Of a stretch of DNA of 64,000 nt, positions 52,583 to 64,000 are shown piece by piece. The stretch's first letter is position 1. Every line of letters starts with the position of its first letter. Position numbers and translations under genes: made by a program. The stretch comes from Rhizophagus irregularis (taxonomy: Eukaryota): the NCBI RefSeq assembly GCF_026210795.1, contig NC_089436.1, forward strand, positions 2,480,001 to 2,544,000, read 5' to 3'. The notes beneath the pieces are model-generated. The model saw only the letters and a list, made by a program, of their open reading frames with translations. It was not told where the DNA came from and ran no database searches.

Positions 52583-52899
52583 ATTGCCGCAACTCATTTG
52601 TGGTATCGCAACTCATCCGCAATACCGTAAATATTAAACTTTATTTTTTTACAAATTAATAAAAAACTTTTAAATGTATAACGTGCTGTCATATTAATAA
52701 AATAAAATTCTGATATTTTATGCGATTTTGAGAAGCTATTACTGATAGAGTTGCGTTTTACCTTCTAATTTTAACATTGCATCCTTAAAACATACGAATA
52801 TCGTCAAAAAATCCATGATTTCTCAATATTGATTTTATTTGTGATTATCTAGAATTCAATTAAGTAATATTTTTAAGTAATATACATTAGTTATCTCAA

Positions 52900-53560
52900 A
52901 AAGTAACTTCTTCTTAATAGACTTAGAGAATACAATGTTGCAAAGCATCTTTTAACGCCAGATTGAGCTTGTGCATTCATACACCGTCATCCACCTTGTC
53001 TCCACGTACGATTTTAGACCTCCTCCTTGTATATTTTTTAATTGAATAGCGCTTTAAGTAATGCCGCGCCTATAGCCGAATTTTTGAAAAATCTTGTGAG
53101 ATTACATTTGCGCATTTAATCATGTCAGAACTGATTAAATTAACGCAGCGCGCAATGCACCGTATATCGAGAATTGATGGATGATTTTGAGAGATAATTC
53201 GGCGGTGTGGTCCCATAGAGCTGATAAAATGATCATGTGAATCTTAGAATAGATAACAAATAGAAGAAACAAAATTAAAATCAGAATATTAATAAAGAAA
53301 TAATAATGAAATTTACCAATCGTACAATTAGTTTTCTTAGCTAATTCATTATAGATTCGTAAATTTACACGAGCCAATTCAGCTTGTAATAACGTTCCAC
53401 TTAAAATTTGTCAAGTTGGTAGTAGGTTGTACGCTGGTTGTAAAGTTTTAATCATATCAATAAACCAAGGTTTTCAATAACACTAAATGGGATGCTACTC
53501 AATACTCATATCAAAAGCTTTAGTAACCAAACGGTCAATAGCATCAAAATATCTCTTTTC
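52900..53560 (-). pseudogene. Second hAT (DUF659-type) transposase relic
   Basis: Fragments PWFIDMIKTLQPAY, LSGTLLQAELARVN, DHTAE, RCIARCVNLI and GGGLKSYVETRWMTVYEC, with deletions and frameshifts. Confidence 0.75.
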
Positions 53561-54149
53561 CAATTTGTTGTTTTTTTTGTTAAAATTTTGAATTGATGTA
53601 TGTTCGTAATTTTGTCTTTGCTTTTATTTGGTGATTACCTCCAGTTTAATTAATCACGATATTGCAAATTAACTGTGATTAATTATGGTATTGCGGAATA
53701 ATTGTAACGTTGCAGAATAAATGCGGTTGCAAAATTGCGAAAATTTAGACATCATAATTCGTAATGTTCGCAATATCATAACCGTCATCCTTAATTATAA
53801 CAAAAAAAAATTAATTTGCAAAAAATTAGACTTTTGTTTATTTTATTACTAAAAGCATCATGTGGTATATTACAAAATTTCCTTGAATATTGAACTTCAC
53901 GTGATACAAACCTACAATTAATCAAAAAAATCTTGATATCGCTAATATCGAAGCGGTATATCACGAAGACATCCCCATGGTTTTTTTTTTTGCTTTCCCT
54001 CCTACGTTCAAAAAAGATTTTTCAGAAAAATTATAGATATTAAAAAATTGTTACGATGTGAAAACTGATAATTCCACGTGTATAAATATACAGTATATAA
54101 TAATAAAAACATATAATACACAATATACCTTATTTCGCAATCGTGATTT

Positions 54150-55483
54150 TCTTTCATCATTACTACTCTCTTCATTATCAACGGAACGTCAGCGCCTATG
54201 TAATAGCGAGATAAGTCCAATGATCTTGCAACATTTATTTTTTCAGCTACGAGCTGTCTTATCGTCTTTTTTTTAATTAAACATATAATCCAACAACATT
54301 TCGAAGAGCTTTTTTCATTTCTTCAGGTAATTCATTTGAAACACACGTTAACCACTGACGAAATATAGCCAAAACTTCAAGGGGAAGATTGCGAAAATTA
54401 GCGCTAATACTACTACTATTTTGATACGCGCTACCTATATTCGGCCACAATTCACTCCTCTTAAATTCCTAGCAGAATGGTCAAGATGCTGTACGAAGAA
54501 ATAATGCTCTTAATTCAACGTATATGATATTTGATCCCCATTTGGGAGGGAACTATAACGTTGCTTTCTAATAATTCGCTCATCTATTTCTGACTTTATT
54601 CACTAGATCTTTGCTCTTGGGAAGGACTTCTGGGTAGTGACGGTCTTTAACAAAGTAACTCCAATTATTAATTAATAGTAGTTGTTCAAATTCGTCTCTA
54701 TAATAAAAATTAAAATAGGTTCGAAATATATGAATTATAAATATTACAGATTTATTATAATGATACGTAAATATATTTACCTTGGGAGTACGTGTTTGTG
54801 CATTTTCCAAACGCGGAGAACAATATGGAGAACTAGCCGGAGAAGATTCCATCAGAGTTGTTGATAATATAGGACTTTGGCTTTTCTTATATTGCCTTCC
54901 GGCAACCATATTGACGTATTCAGGAAAACAAGCCCAAACCGACTACTTAATTGCAAGATGATCTGACGCTTTACTCGTTATGTTCTCAATTCTTTCTTTT
55001 TTAACATTTCGTCTACAATTATTAGATAGATATCAAGGTAAGTGAATTATTCATATCATAAAAAGAAAGAATACTGAATATCAACTATAAGTCACCTATT
55101 TCTTCTTGACCAATTTGAGGCGATGATAGACGATAGAGCGATGATTGAGGTAGCGGCGACGATTGATACTCTTATAGCTATTGAGGTGTTGCGACCATTA
55201 AGGTTGAGATTGTTGAAGTTGTTGCGACCATTGAAGGTTGTTGAGGTTGTTGAGGTTGTTGAGGCCATTGAGATTGAGGTGGTTGCGGCCATTGAAATTG
55301 TTGAGGTTGAGATTGTTGAAATTGTTGAGGTTGTCGCGGCCACTGAAATAGAGTTTGGGGTTGAGATTGTTGCGGTTGTTGAGACTGAGGTTGTTGATAT
55401 TGCGGTTGCGATGGCTGCCAATGTTTAATAAGCGAGCCTTTTTTACGAATTCCTTGTTCTTTATCAAAATCTTGAGAAGACAT
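54150..55483 (-). pseudogene. Orphan family copy B (Q/P/W-rich N-terminus + conserved domain), degraded
   Basis: MSSQD...SLIKHWQPSQP start; fragments SSLPKWG..YVELRALFLRT, IFRQWL and INVARSLDLSRYYI match the 58972-60770 gene; frameshifts present. Confidence 0.7.
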
Positions 55484-55669
55484 TTTAATGATAGTTAAAA
55501 AATGCAAGTCAAAAAAAAAACAAATATCTAAATATAAAAAAAAAAGAAATAATTAATTGAATAAAAAAAAAAATTTTTTTATCCCTTTTTTTTTGCGTTG
55601 ATCTTACCACATCATGATCGAAAAAAATTAATTATTAGTTTTTAAATTATAAATTAAATTACAATTTTA

Positions 55670-56980
55670 CTAATTTAATATATAAACTTGCCTTTTGGGT
55701 AATTCCAGATTTAGAATAACTTCCTTGTCCGGAAAAACTGCTTCTCTTAATAGGCAATTGGATCCCTCAGGATCTTTTGGCAAATCGTACTCAAATTTGA
55801 CAAATATGAGTTTCGTATTATTAATATTTACATCAACAGAGAGATTTTTCACATTAAAAATAAAAATATCTATTGTAAGCTGGTAATTGTGATATTAATT
55901 TCGACTTCAAAAATATTGTAAGCTGGTAATTGTGATTGTGATGGTTGTGGTGATTGTGGTGGTGGGAGTTGTACCGGTGATGATTGTGGTGATTGTGGTG
56001 GTGGGAGTTGTAACGGTGATGATTGTGGTGATGGTTGTGATAGGGGCGGCTGTACCGGGGATTGTAGTGATTGGTTTTGTGTATTCTAATTTTTTATAAA
56101 AAATTTTAATAAGTAATAATTCCTTCATTAATTTATATTTCATTAATGTAATAATAGTGCTTACAGATCGTCCATCATCATCGTCGTCATCATCATCATC
56201 ATCATCATCATAATCATCATCATCTCCTCCTTTTGGACGTGCTTCTGCGAACATAATTGTTTTACTTAGAGGTCCGATAAATTTTTTGTTTCTCACATAA
56301 TTGTAAAATCTAGTTTTATCATCATCATTTTCGAAGTGCACAAATCCATGCCTAAATATAACAAATGTTCATTTAATTAAATTATTAATTAAAAATTGTA
56401 TATATTAATTATTTTATTTCATTACCCCCAATCAGGATCCTTTCTGATATGTACAAAATTGTAAGAAAATCTATTCTTTAACCATCCCTTAACGTCTTTC
56501 GATTTTATCCCTTTTAACTCTTTCGTGTTCTTACCACCGAAGAAAACTGATAATTTATGATCACGACAACATTCATGTCTTTTCTTACCTATATTATTAT
56601 TAAATAAAATTAAAAATAATAAATTAATACTTTATATTAAAAAAAAGAAAAATGATTCATTCTTGATATATACTTTTTCATATAATATATTTGATTTCAA
56701 TAAAGGAATATTAAATATCATATTTTAACAAAGGAATGGGAATGTTAAAGATGAAAGGAAACATATTTTAGCCTTTCGGGACGAAAGGAATCTTATTTTA
56801 GCCTTTCGTGATGAAAGGAATCTTATTTTAGCCTTTCGTGATGAAAGGAATCTTATTTTAGCCTTTCGTGACAAAAGGAATATCGATTATTTTAACCAAG
56901 CATTTAGCCTTTCATGACGAAAGGAATATTTTAATTCAGCCTTTGTGACAAAGGAATAGCAAGCAAATTTACTTACCCAT
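55670..56980 (-). pseudogene. RRM-like protein with poly-Asp and His/Asn-rich tracts (exons 56980-56977, 56588-56426, 56351-56165, 56085-55670), frameshifted near the 3' end
   Basis: Splicing gives MGKKRHECCRDHKLSVFFGG...WGHGFVHFE (RNP1-like)...GDDDDYDDDDDDDDDDDGRS...YHNHHHNHHRYNSHHH. A 43-bp insertion/duplication (TATTGTAAGCTGGTAATTGTGAT at 55871 and 55914) shifts the frame. Confidence 0.6.
56748..56960. repeat. 30-bp minisatellite with an internal hairpin, in intron 1 of the RRM-like gene
   Basis: Units GATGAAAGGAATCTTATTTTAGCCTTTCGT; CCTTTC...GAAAGG is self-complementary. Confidence 0.85.
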
Positions 56981-57919
56981 TTTTCTTTGTTTACTAAATC
57001 TTACGAAACCCACATTCTTATTGTAATTCGAATGCAAAATTCGATAAATTTTATTGGTCAGTTAATGTTAATCATCATGTGAAATCAAATATTTTTTTTT
57101 TAGTCATACTCAAGTTTCACAAACCCAATTATATTGCACTATACGTCATAATTACACATCTTAATTACAAAAAAACTTTTCGTGTCACTTATCAGTCCAA
57201 TCAAAAATAAATAAACCGGATTTTGAACAGGCGTAACATGAGATTATATTTAAACGGTACGGTAACACTATTGGCTTTAGCCTTTAAGCAATGTGACGAA
57301 AATTATACCCTACCTCCCACTGTCAACACCTTCTTCACCAAGAATATTATATTCTTCGAGAGATGTGTTAATATCTATGACGAACAACAACTGGCTAATT
57401 CCTTACAACCATCCAGTATAAAGAGGCCTGTAAAATTTGTAAGTATTTTGGCCATTCTGTAAAAAGTTGCCCCAATTTAAAATCGCAGTTTTGATGGGGT
57501 AATTATTGTATACGCTGCTGGAAAGCTGGGCACAACAGTAGTGAATGTAAAAATGAACTGGAGGTCGTGCCGTTCAACGAAGAGTTTCGTTCTCCAGAAG
57601 AAATTGTAAATTTTTTGATTTATAAATAGTTTATTTTTTTAAAAAAAAAATTTTGAAATTTTTTTTTCTTACGAAATTTACCATGAGTTGCTGGTAGCAG
57701 TGGCAAATTTCGAAAGTTTATCTGGGCCGTGGTGGCAGGGTGAACTTTTTTTTTATACTTTTATTGTATGAAATATTTTTCAATTTTTACAACCTAATAA
57801 AGAGTTAACGGACATTTTTTGAATATCATCTTGAATGCCAAATTGATATGGTGATAATGTTAAATTCATATTGCAGAAAATATAAAAAAAAATTGTTCAA
57901 TATGGAAGTCAGTAATTTG

Positions 57920-58375
57920 ATGGATCAGTGATGTCAGAATCAACATCGGAAGTACATATTGAAAGATCACGTCGTATTTTGATAAATTTATTGATGTCGC
58001 GACGTTATAACCAGAAGTACTTGGAAAATCACAGTTAACTGTGTAGAGGCTTCCATTAAACGAGAAAAATTTTTCATGTGCTGCGTCATTGCTCCTCTTC
58101 CAAATTAATGATTTCTGCTTGTCTGGTTGATTGAGATTGTTGTCTCCTCTTCAAAATGTGGACACCTGGGCAATATTGTAAACGAGGTAGTTGTTCATCC
58201 TCATAAGGATATTGCAATCGAAATGGTCTGTAATTACGTCCAAATTCAGGATAATATTGTGATTGAGGTTTATAAATGGATTGTTGTTGCCGTTGATATT
58301 GCTGATGATGTTGTTGTAGATGTTGTTGGTGAAGTTGATGTTGATGTTGCTGTTGCTGTTTTTAAAAATAACCTT
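57920..58375 (-). pseudogene. Orphan family copy C (Q/H/Y-rich N-terminus joined directly to the C-terminal motif)
   Basis: QQQQHQHQLHQQ...QYPYEDEQLP, then HEKFFSFNGSLYTVNCDFPSTSGYNVATSINLSKYD; central domain deleted. Confidence 0.65.
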
Positions 58376-58971
58376 CACGATTAACTCAATTTAATATTTT
58401 ATTATTGTATTATAAAATCCAATATACTAATAAAAATGATTTGATTTATTTTAAAAAAACACTGCATGATATCTTCGTGATATCGGTTTGTAATTGTAAA
58501 AAAATTATCTAAATGATATCGCCGTGATGTTTCATAATTGTACCAAAAAAAATCTAAATGATATCGCCGTGTTCGATTCAGTTAAAGAATGTGAATGAAT
58601 GTTCGTTAATTTTGGTTGCAAATTTGAAGTTTTATTTTGGCAATAATGTTATACAATAGAAATAAAAATGATAAAGAATATACTATCTACCCGTCTTCTT
58701 TTAGATTGTGAAAGTAAAAAAATATATATATATATATATATATAGATACAAAGAAAAAAATTATTGTTGTAGTAACAATGATAATTATAATCATTTGACC
58801 TGGTTTTTAAAATGATGGTTTTTTACATAGAATTTTTTTTTTTTAAAAAAAAAAAGAAAAATTTGTTTTATAAATTTACATACGAACCTCTCATCAAACT
58901 TCAACACACGACCAGATACTTTACTTTTCTACGCTAAAAATTTAAATTGAAAAAAATCTACATAATATATA

Positions 58972-60770
58972 TTATTTTTTTCGCTTTTTAGTAGATTTCT
59001 TTGATTTCGGCTTTGGTTCATCCTCAGAGCTGGAATTTGAATCATCATCATCATTATTTTCAATTTCATACTTTGATAAATCAATCGAAGAACCAATATT
59101 ATATCCAGATAAATTGTTAAAAATATTATTAACCGTATAAAGGTTTCCGGTGTGAGTAAAAAAACGGTCACGTGCATCACTGTTATAAATTTCTAAACAG
59201 TGGAATCCAAAAAGAATTAAATTTTTAAGCGAATTTTCGTTTTCTTGAGATATCGGCTTGTCCGAAAATTTCAACCAAAGGTTGAATATTTCTTCAATAT
59301 GACGACCTTTTAAGTACGGCTTGAAATCAAGACTTTCGTCTTTTTCTTTACGTTTTTGATAAGTTTCGTATCTAAGCTTAATGTTATCCCATAATGTATT
59401 TCTCCAGTACGACCAGGTTTTACGAAAACTTTTTGCTACATTATGTAATATGTCAGGATGATCGTTCATAAAAGTTGGTAACAATGACGCTAAGAAATCT
59501 TCTATAATTTGATTATTGTTGCTTTTATCTAAGTTTCTTGTTCTTAGGAATAATGATTTTAATTCGTTAATCACTATTATTCTTAACCACTTTGGGATAG
59601 AGTTTTGCAACGATATAATATTAGAAATTCTCTTCTGGTTATATGATATATTTGTATCACGATCTGTGAACTTTTCAGGAGAATTTGCATAAGGGCGAAT
59701 CGATGTTGGATATCTTTGATTCTTGAGATAGAATTTTGGCAGCTGTAAGCCTGAGCTTAAGAGTTCTTCTTCCATATCATTCCTAATTTTTAAAGAAAAC
59801 ATTGTTATATGAAGATTACAAGATGATAAATATGAAAAAAATATATTTGTTACATTGGATTCATCCGAGGGAGAGTTGAAGATGTAACAGAAGGTATAGC
59901 AATACCAAGAGAAGAAGTACTAGTACTACTTTGAGTTATAAGAGGAATTTCTTCCAAGGTATCCCTAATTTTAAAAAACATTATGTTAATATGAAGATTA
60001 TAAGATTATAAATATGAAAAAATCATATTCGTTACATTGAATCCGTCCGTGTGAGAGTTGGGGTTGTCATAATAGGTGTAGACGATGAGGAAGTGCGGCT
60101 TCGTTCTTCACTAGAACGCTTGCCTCTGTGGATCATCTGCTCGATTTGATCATGTAAATGTTCAGGGAGCGTCATGGCAAAGCGTTCTGCAATAGATTGT
60201 CGGACATAAACAGGATTAACGGCTCTGGACATGATGTCCTCGATTTGTAGAAATAGTGTAGCGAGTAAATTATCTATATGATAGAAATAACGTTACAAGT
60301 TATTGTTCTGTTATTGAAGATTTCTTCAAATACTGAATATTATAATAATACAGACCAATTTCTTCATCAGAAAGTAATTGTGTTGAAGGATGCTGCAAGT
60401 GTTGTGAGGAATACGAGGGGTATGGAAGCTGTTGTTGTGACGAGGGGTATGGAGACTGTTGTTGTGACGAGGGGTATGGAGACTGTTGTTGTGACGAGGG
60501 GTATGGGTACAAGGGGTATGGAGAATGTTGCCGTGACGAAAAACGTTGAGAGGGATATGGATACTGTTGCTGTGACGAACGTAAGGAAGGTAAAAGTTGA
60601 GATGATTGAGATAAATATTGTTGTGACCATTGAGGTTGAGATTGCGATTGCGAAGGCGATTGCGAAGGCGATTGCGAAGGCGGTTGCGAAGGTTCCCAAT
60701 GCTTAATAAGAGAGCTCCGTCTATGACTTTCTTTTTCTTGTACAGGCTTATTACGATCTTGAGAAGACAT
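58972..60770 (-). CDS. Orphan family copy A, apparently intact (exons 60770-60356, 60273-60036, 59964-59854, 59782-58972)
   Basis: GT-AG introns join ORFs 60300-60824, 60032-60232 and 58972-59802 in frame; SSQQQSPYP repeats; acidic then basic (KKRKK) C-terminus. Confidence 0.7.
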
Positions 60771-61980
60771 TTTTTGATAATGGTTTCTATGAGTTAAAAA
60801 ATGTGGGTCAAAAAATTTTTTCAATTGAATTTTTTTTTTATTTAAATAATTTTAATCTTACCACATCATGATCGAGTAAAAATACGGTTAATTTCGAAAA
60901 TAAAAATTATTTTTTGCCATTGATCTATTACATCGTGTAATACAGATTTTTTTAAGGGAAAAAAAATCTGATTAATTATTTAATATAATGATGGATATTG
61001 TGATTAAATCATGAACAAGTAATTTTTTCATATCGTGATTATATTACTTTTTTTCCTTAAAAAAATCATACGGTACAATAAAAACAATGGAAAAAAGAAT
61101 TTTTTTTTCTTTTTCGAAATTAAATAGATTAGATTGAGTCAATAATTAGACTTTTCTTTTTTTCGAAATTAATCTCATCATATGATTACGGATATTGTAA
61201 TTAAATCATGATCGAGTAGAATCTTTTTTCAATTTTTCTTTTTTTTCTTTGTGATCGAATAAAATTCCATATCGTGTTTATACACCTATTAGCAAAAAAA
61301 CTTTTTTTTGCAAAAAAAAATTGTATTGATATTGGTTTCCTAATAACACTACGGGTTCCTTGAACCCTCTCAAGCATCTAAAGTTAAACTCTCTTATAAA
61401 CACAGAGAGCGCAACTTACCTTAATATGACATGAATACTAAATATGCTTAGTAGTGAGAACGAAAAATTAAATTTTGGGGATCAACAAACTGAAATGGAT
61501 TTTAACACATGAATCCTTCAGATGAAATTACTATGTTAGTAGAAAATTCAGGAGGTGGAAATAAACAGTATAATTATAATTTTGCTTCGCCACAATAACT
61601 TTTTATGATGGTAACAATCGTTATATAATTTTGATTATTTTCTATATGACCAAAATAAGTATATTGTCTTTTTAACAAAATTTTTTAAGATCATCAAAAT
61701 ATTATTTTGATATTAGCAACTGAATGTTGGAACACATGATCGGAAATCTGATTCTTCAATAATTTAAGTATAATACTTATACGAAAATTTATAGCATATT
61801 TTTTTTATTTTATATTATAGTGTATTATAAGTTTATTATATTATTATTATCATAAAAAAAAATTGTGACCCGTCTTGCATAATTGCGCTTCTTCACTCCA
61901 ATGTAAATAAAATGTGATAAAAGATAATTTTTTTATTATAGTACCTAATATCATAAAAACGCTAACATTTTATTTATTAG

Positions 61981-62570
61981 GGATGATATTGAAAAAAGCT
62001 TGTTGAAGCTGGATTATCGTTACCATTAAAATATCTGGAAATTTGATCATTTTTCAAAATTTGATTTGACGAATCGTTCAAGTACATCGTTCCTAAATAA
62101 TGGCTTCAATTCGCCAAAAATTATCTTTCTAATCCACTTCGGTAGTGATTTGTACGACTCAAAAAGCAAACGTGCCATTTGAGCTTGAGTAATGCTGCCT
62201 GAATTGTGTGGATCGATGAATTCTTTTAAGGATACGCTGACGTGTTACAAATTTATAATAATTTGCGTAACGTCCTTTGGAAGAAATTAGTAGAAAGGTA
62301 CATTAAATATAAAAATAGTAAAGAGAAGATTAAGCCGAATGTAAATCTAAAGAATCGACAAATTAAGGAAAATACTAACGGAGGAGAATGAGAGCGCACT
62401 TAAAATCTCATCATCTTTGGGTTTTATTGTATTGAGAATTTATAAGATGCGCACGACAAATTTTTCTCATTTTACGGAAGCCTTTTCACAGTTACTTGTG
62501 ATTTTCCAAGCTCTTCGAGATATAATATTGCGGCTTCTATGGATTTATCAAATTTTTATGTAGTCTTTAA
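61981..62570 (+). pseudogene. Orphan family copy D, degraded, with an internal inversion
   Basis: Plus strand gives LVEAGLSLPLKYLE, NLRNVLWKKLVERY and VTCDFPSSSRYNIAASMDLSNFY; minus strand of 62045-62248 gives YKSLPKWIRKIIFGELKPLF. Confidence 0.7.
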
Positions 62571-62924
62571 ATAATAATAATCATACACGTGATAATACAG
62601 TGGCCATAAGTCACACGCTCCTGGGTATAATTTCATGGGATGGTTTTTTCCCCGAAGGGAAAAAACCCTGAACTACTGTAGTTACTGAAACAGGAATTAT
62701 ACACGAGATCTTTACGTTGTACTAAACTAATTTTGACGACAGTACAATTGGACAATTTCCAAAATTGTTGAATCCCAATAATAAATAACATCTTTTTTCG
62801 ATAAAAAAAAAAGGTAATTTTCTTTTCATTTAATAATGGGAAAACCATCATTACATTCTAGGAAAACGGCCTGGCGTAGACAAAAAAAATGACAATATAA
62901 AAAATTTAAACAAAAAGAAATTGA

Positions 62925-63229
62925 AATATCTGATCTCCAGATACAGCTCCAGGATTTCCAAAAAGCTGTTGAGACAGCCGGTGAACAAGTGATTTCCAAG
63001 CTAGACAAAACTGAGCGTGAAAACGCAAATCTATTGAAGTGGATCGATATTTTTTCAAATCAAATCTCAAGTCAGGAAGAAGAGATATATAAGCTTGAAT
63101 TAAAGAGTTATTTAGCACAATCATCATCGTCTCTGTCATCTCCACCACAGCCACCATCATCATCATCATCATCACAATTGTCACCGACATCTTTTAAAAG
63201 CATGGATGAGTACTTTAAACATAATCAAG
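62925..63229 (+). pseudogene. Coiled-coil / Ser-Pro-rich hypothetical protein exon or relic
   Basis: Open frame SDLQIQLQDFQKAVE...QEEEIYKLELKSYLAQSSSSLSSPPQPP with no ATG; possible splice donor GTTAGT after HNQ. Confidence 0.35.
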
Positions 63230-63827
63230 TTAGTAATTTTTTAGGTATTGTGCAATTTTTAATGATTTTTATTTTTATAATTAATGAATTGTTCTCATTT
63301 TTTAGTAAAAGAAATCTAGTAGTTCATTATTTTTTTTTACTATTCTCATTTTTTTTAAATAAAAGAAATTTTTGTAATATTGAAATAAATACATAAAATA
63401 ATCAAATTCGTATTAATAATATATCGTGTAAAATATGTTTTATTTGCCAGTAAATAATAAAAAAAAATATTTGTAAAGGTTTAACTGGGAAATTTTCGCC
63501 TATCAGGAGGATATGGGGAAATTTTCGCCCGCTAGAACTCTACGATAATAATCGCCATAAGGTATACATAGTAATCGAACCAGAGACCCGCTGCGATGCG
63601 GATTTCCTATCTCAAACTACTCTACCACATGCGATTATCTGTTTAAGGGATATTTATTGATTACTCTTTATTACTAAATTACTGGATTATTGATTGTGCT
63701 ATTCCCTAATAAGGTTTGTACGATCACTGTAAGACCTGTTATGTATGTATATATACATGTTAATTGTTACTGCGTTAAGAGATTGTTAATTTTTTTTTTT
63801 ATCAAAAATTAAATGAGAAAACGATTA

Positions 63828-64000
63828 CACTTTACAGAAACTTACCATTTTTAATCAATATAGAATCGATATCGTTAAGTTTATCTTAACGGTATCATTT
63901 CGATATCATTTCGATATCATTTCGATATCATTTCAATATCGATTTAATATCGATATGATATCGAAATAAAGTATTATCACTTCGATATCATTTCGATAAT
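63828..64000 (+). mobile_element. Putative CACTA-like element end with (TTTCGATATCA)n repeats, running off the window
   Basis: CACTTTACAGAAAC followed by 10-bp TTCGATATCA tandem repeats. Confidence 0.5.

Noticed and set aside
55092..55467. Thr/Ser-, Asn- and Val/Glu-rich alternative ORFs (also 58127-58384, 60278-60706, 60367-60699)
   Set aside because: Alternative-frame or antisense shadows of Gln-rich repeat exons; the Gln frame is the one shared between paralogs
56748..56960. Hairpin-containing 30-bp repeats as a CRISPR array or hammerhead ribozyme array
   Set aside because: Units are head-to-tail with no unique spacers, there are no cas genes and the context is eukaryotic. The core reads GTGATGA and lacks the CUGANGA/GAAA three-way layout.

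Overview
Very AT-rich, intron-containing eukaryotic nuclear DNA with short GT-AG introns. The gene content (TKL-like kinase expansions, kinase+Sel1 proteins, MATA-HMG relics, dense TE debris) most resembles an arbuscular mycorrhizal fungus (Glomeromycotina, Rhizophagus-like); this is an inference. Apparently intact genes are a 4-exon class I SAM methyltransferase (2.2-3.7 kb), a cluster of four related kinase genes with identical intron positions but different C-terminal modules (19-42 kb), and an orphan Q/S/P/Y-rich gene (59-60.8 kb). The rest is mobile DNA and relics: MITEs with visible TIRs/TSDs from several superfamilies, an ORF1-only non-LTR element with poly(A) and a 19-bp TSD, two broken hAT transposases, and tandem repeats. 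From about 51.9 kb to the window end is a block that starts with a CACTA-like terminus and carries four copies of one orphan gene family plus an RRM/poly-Asp/poly-His gene. A short decayed fragment of bacterial-type 23S rRNA lies at about 5.0-5.15 kb. All exon, TIR and TSD calls were made by eye, with no database searches.
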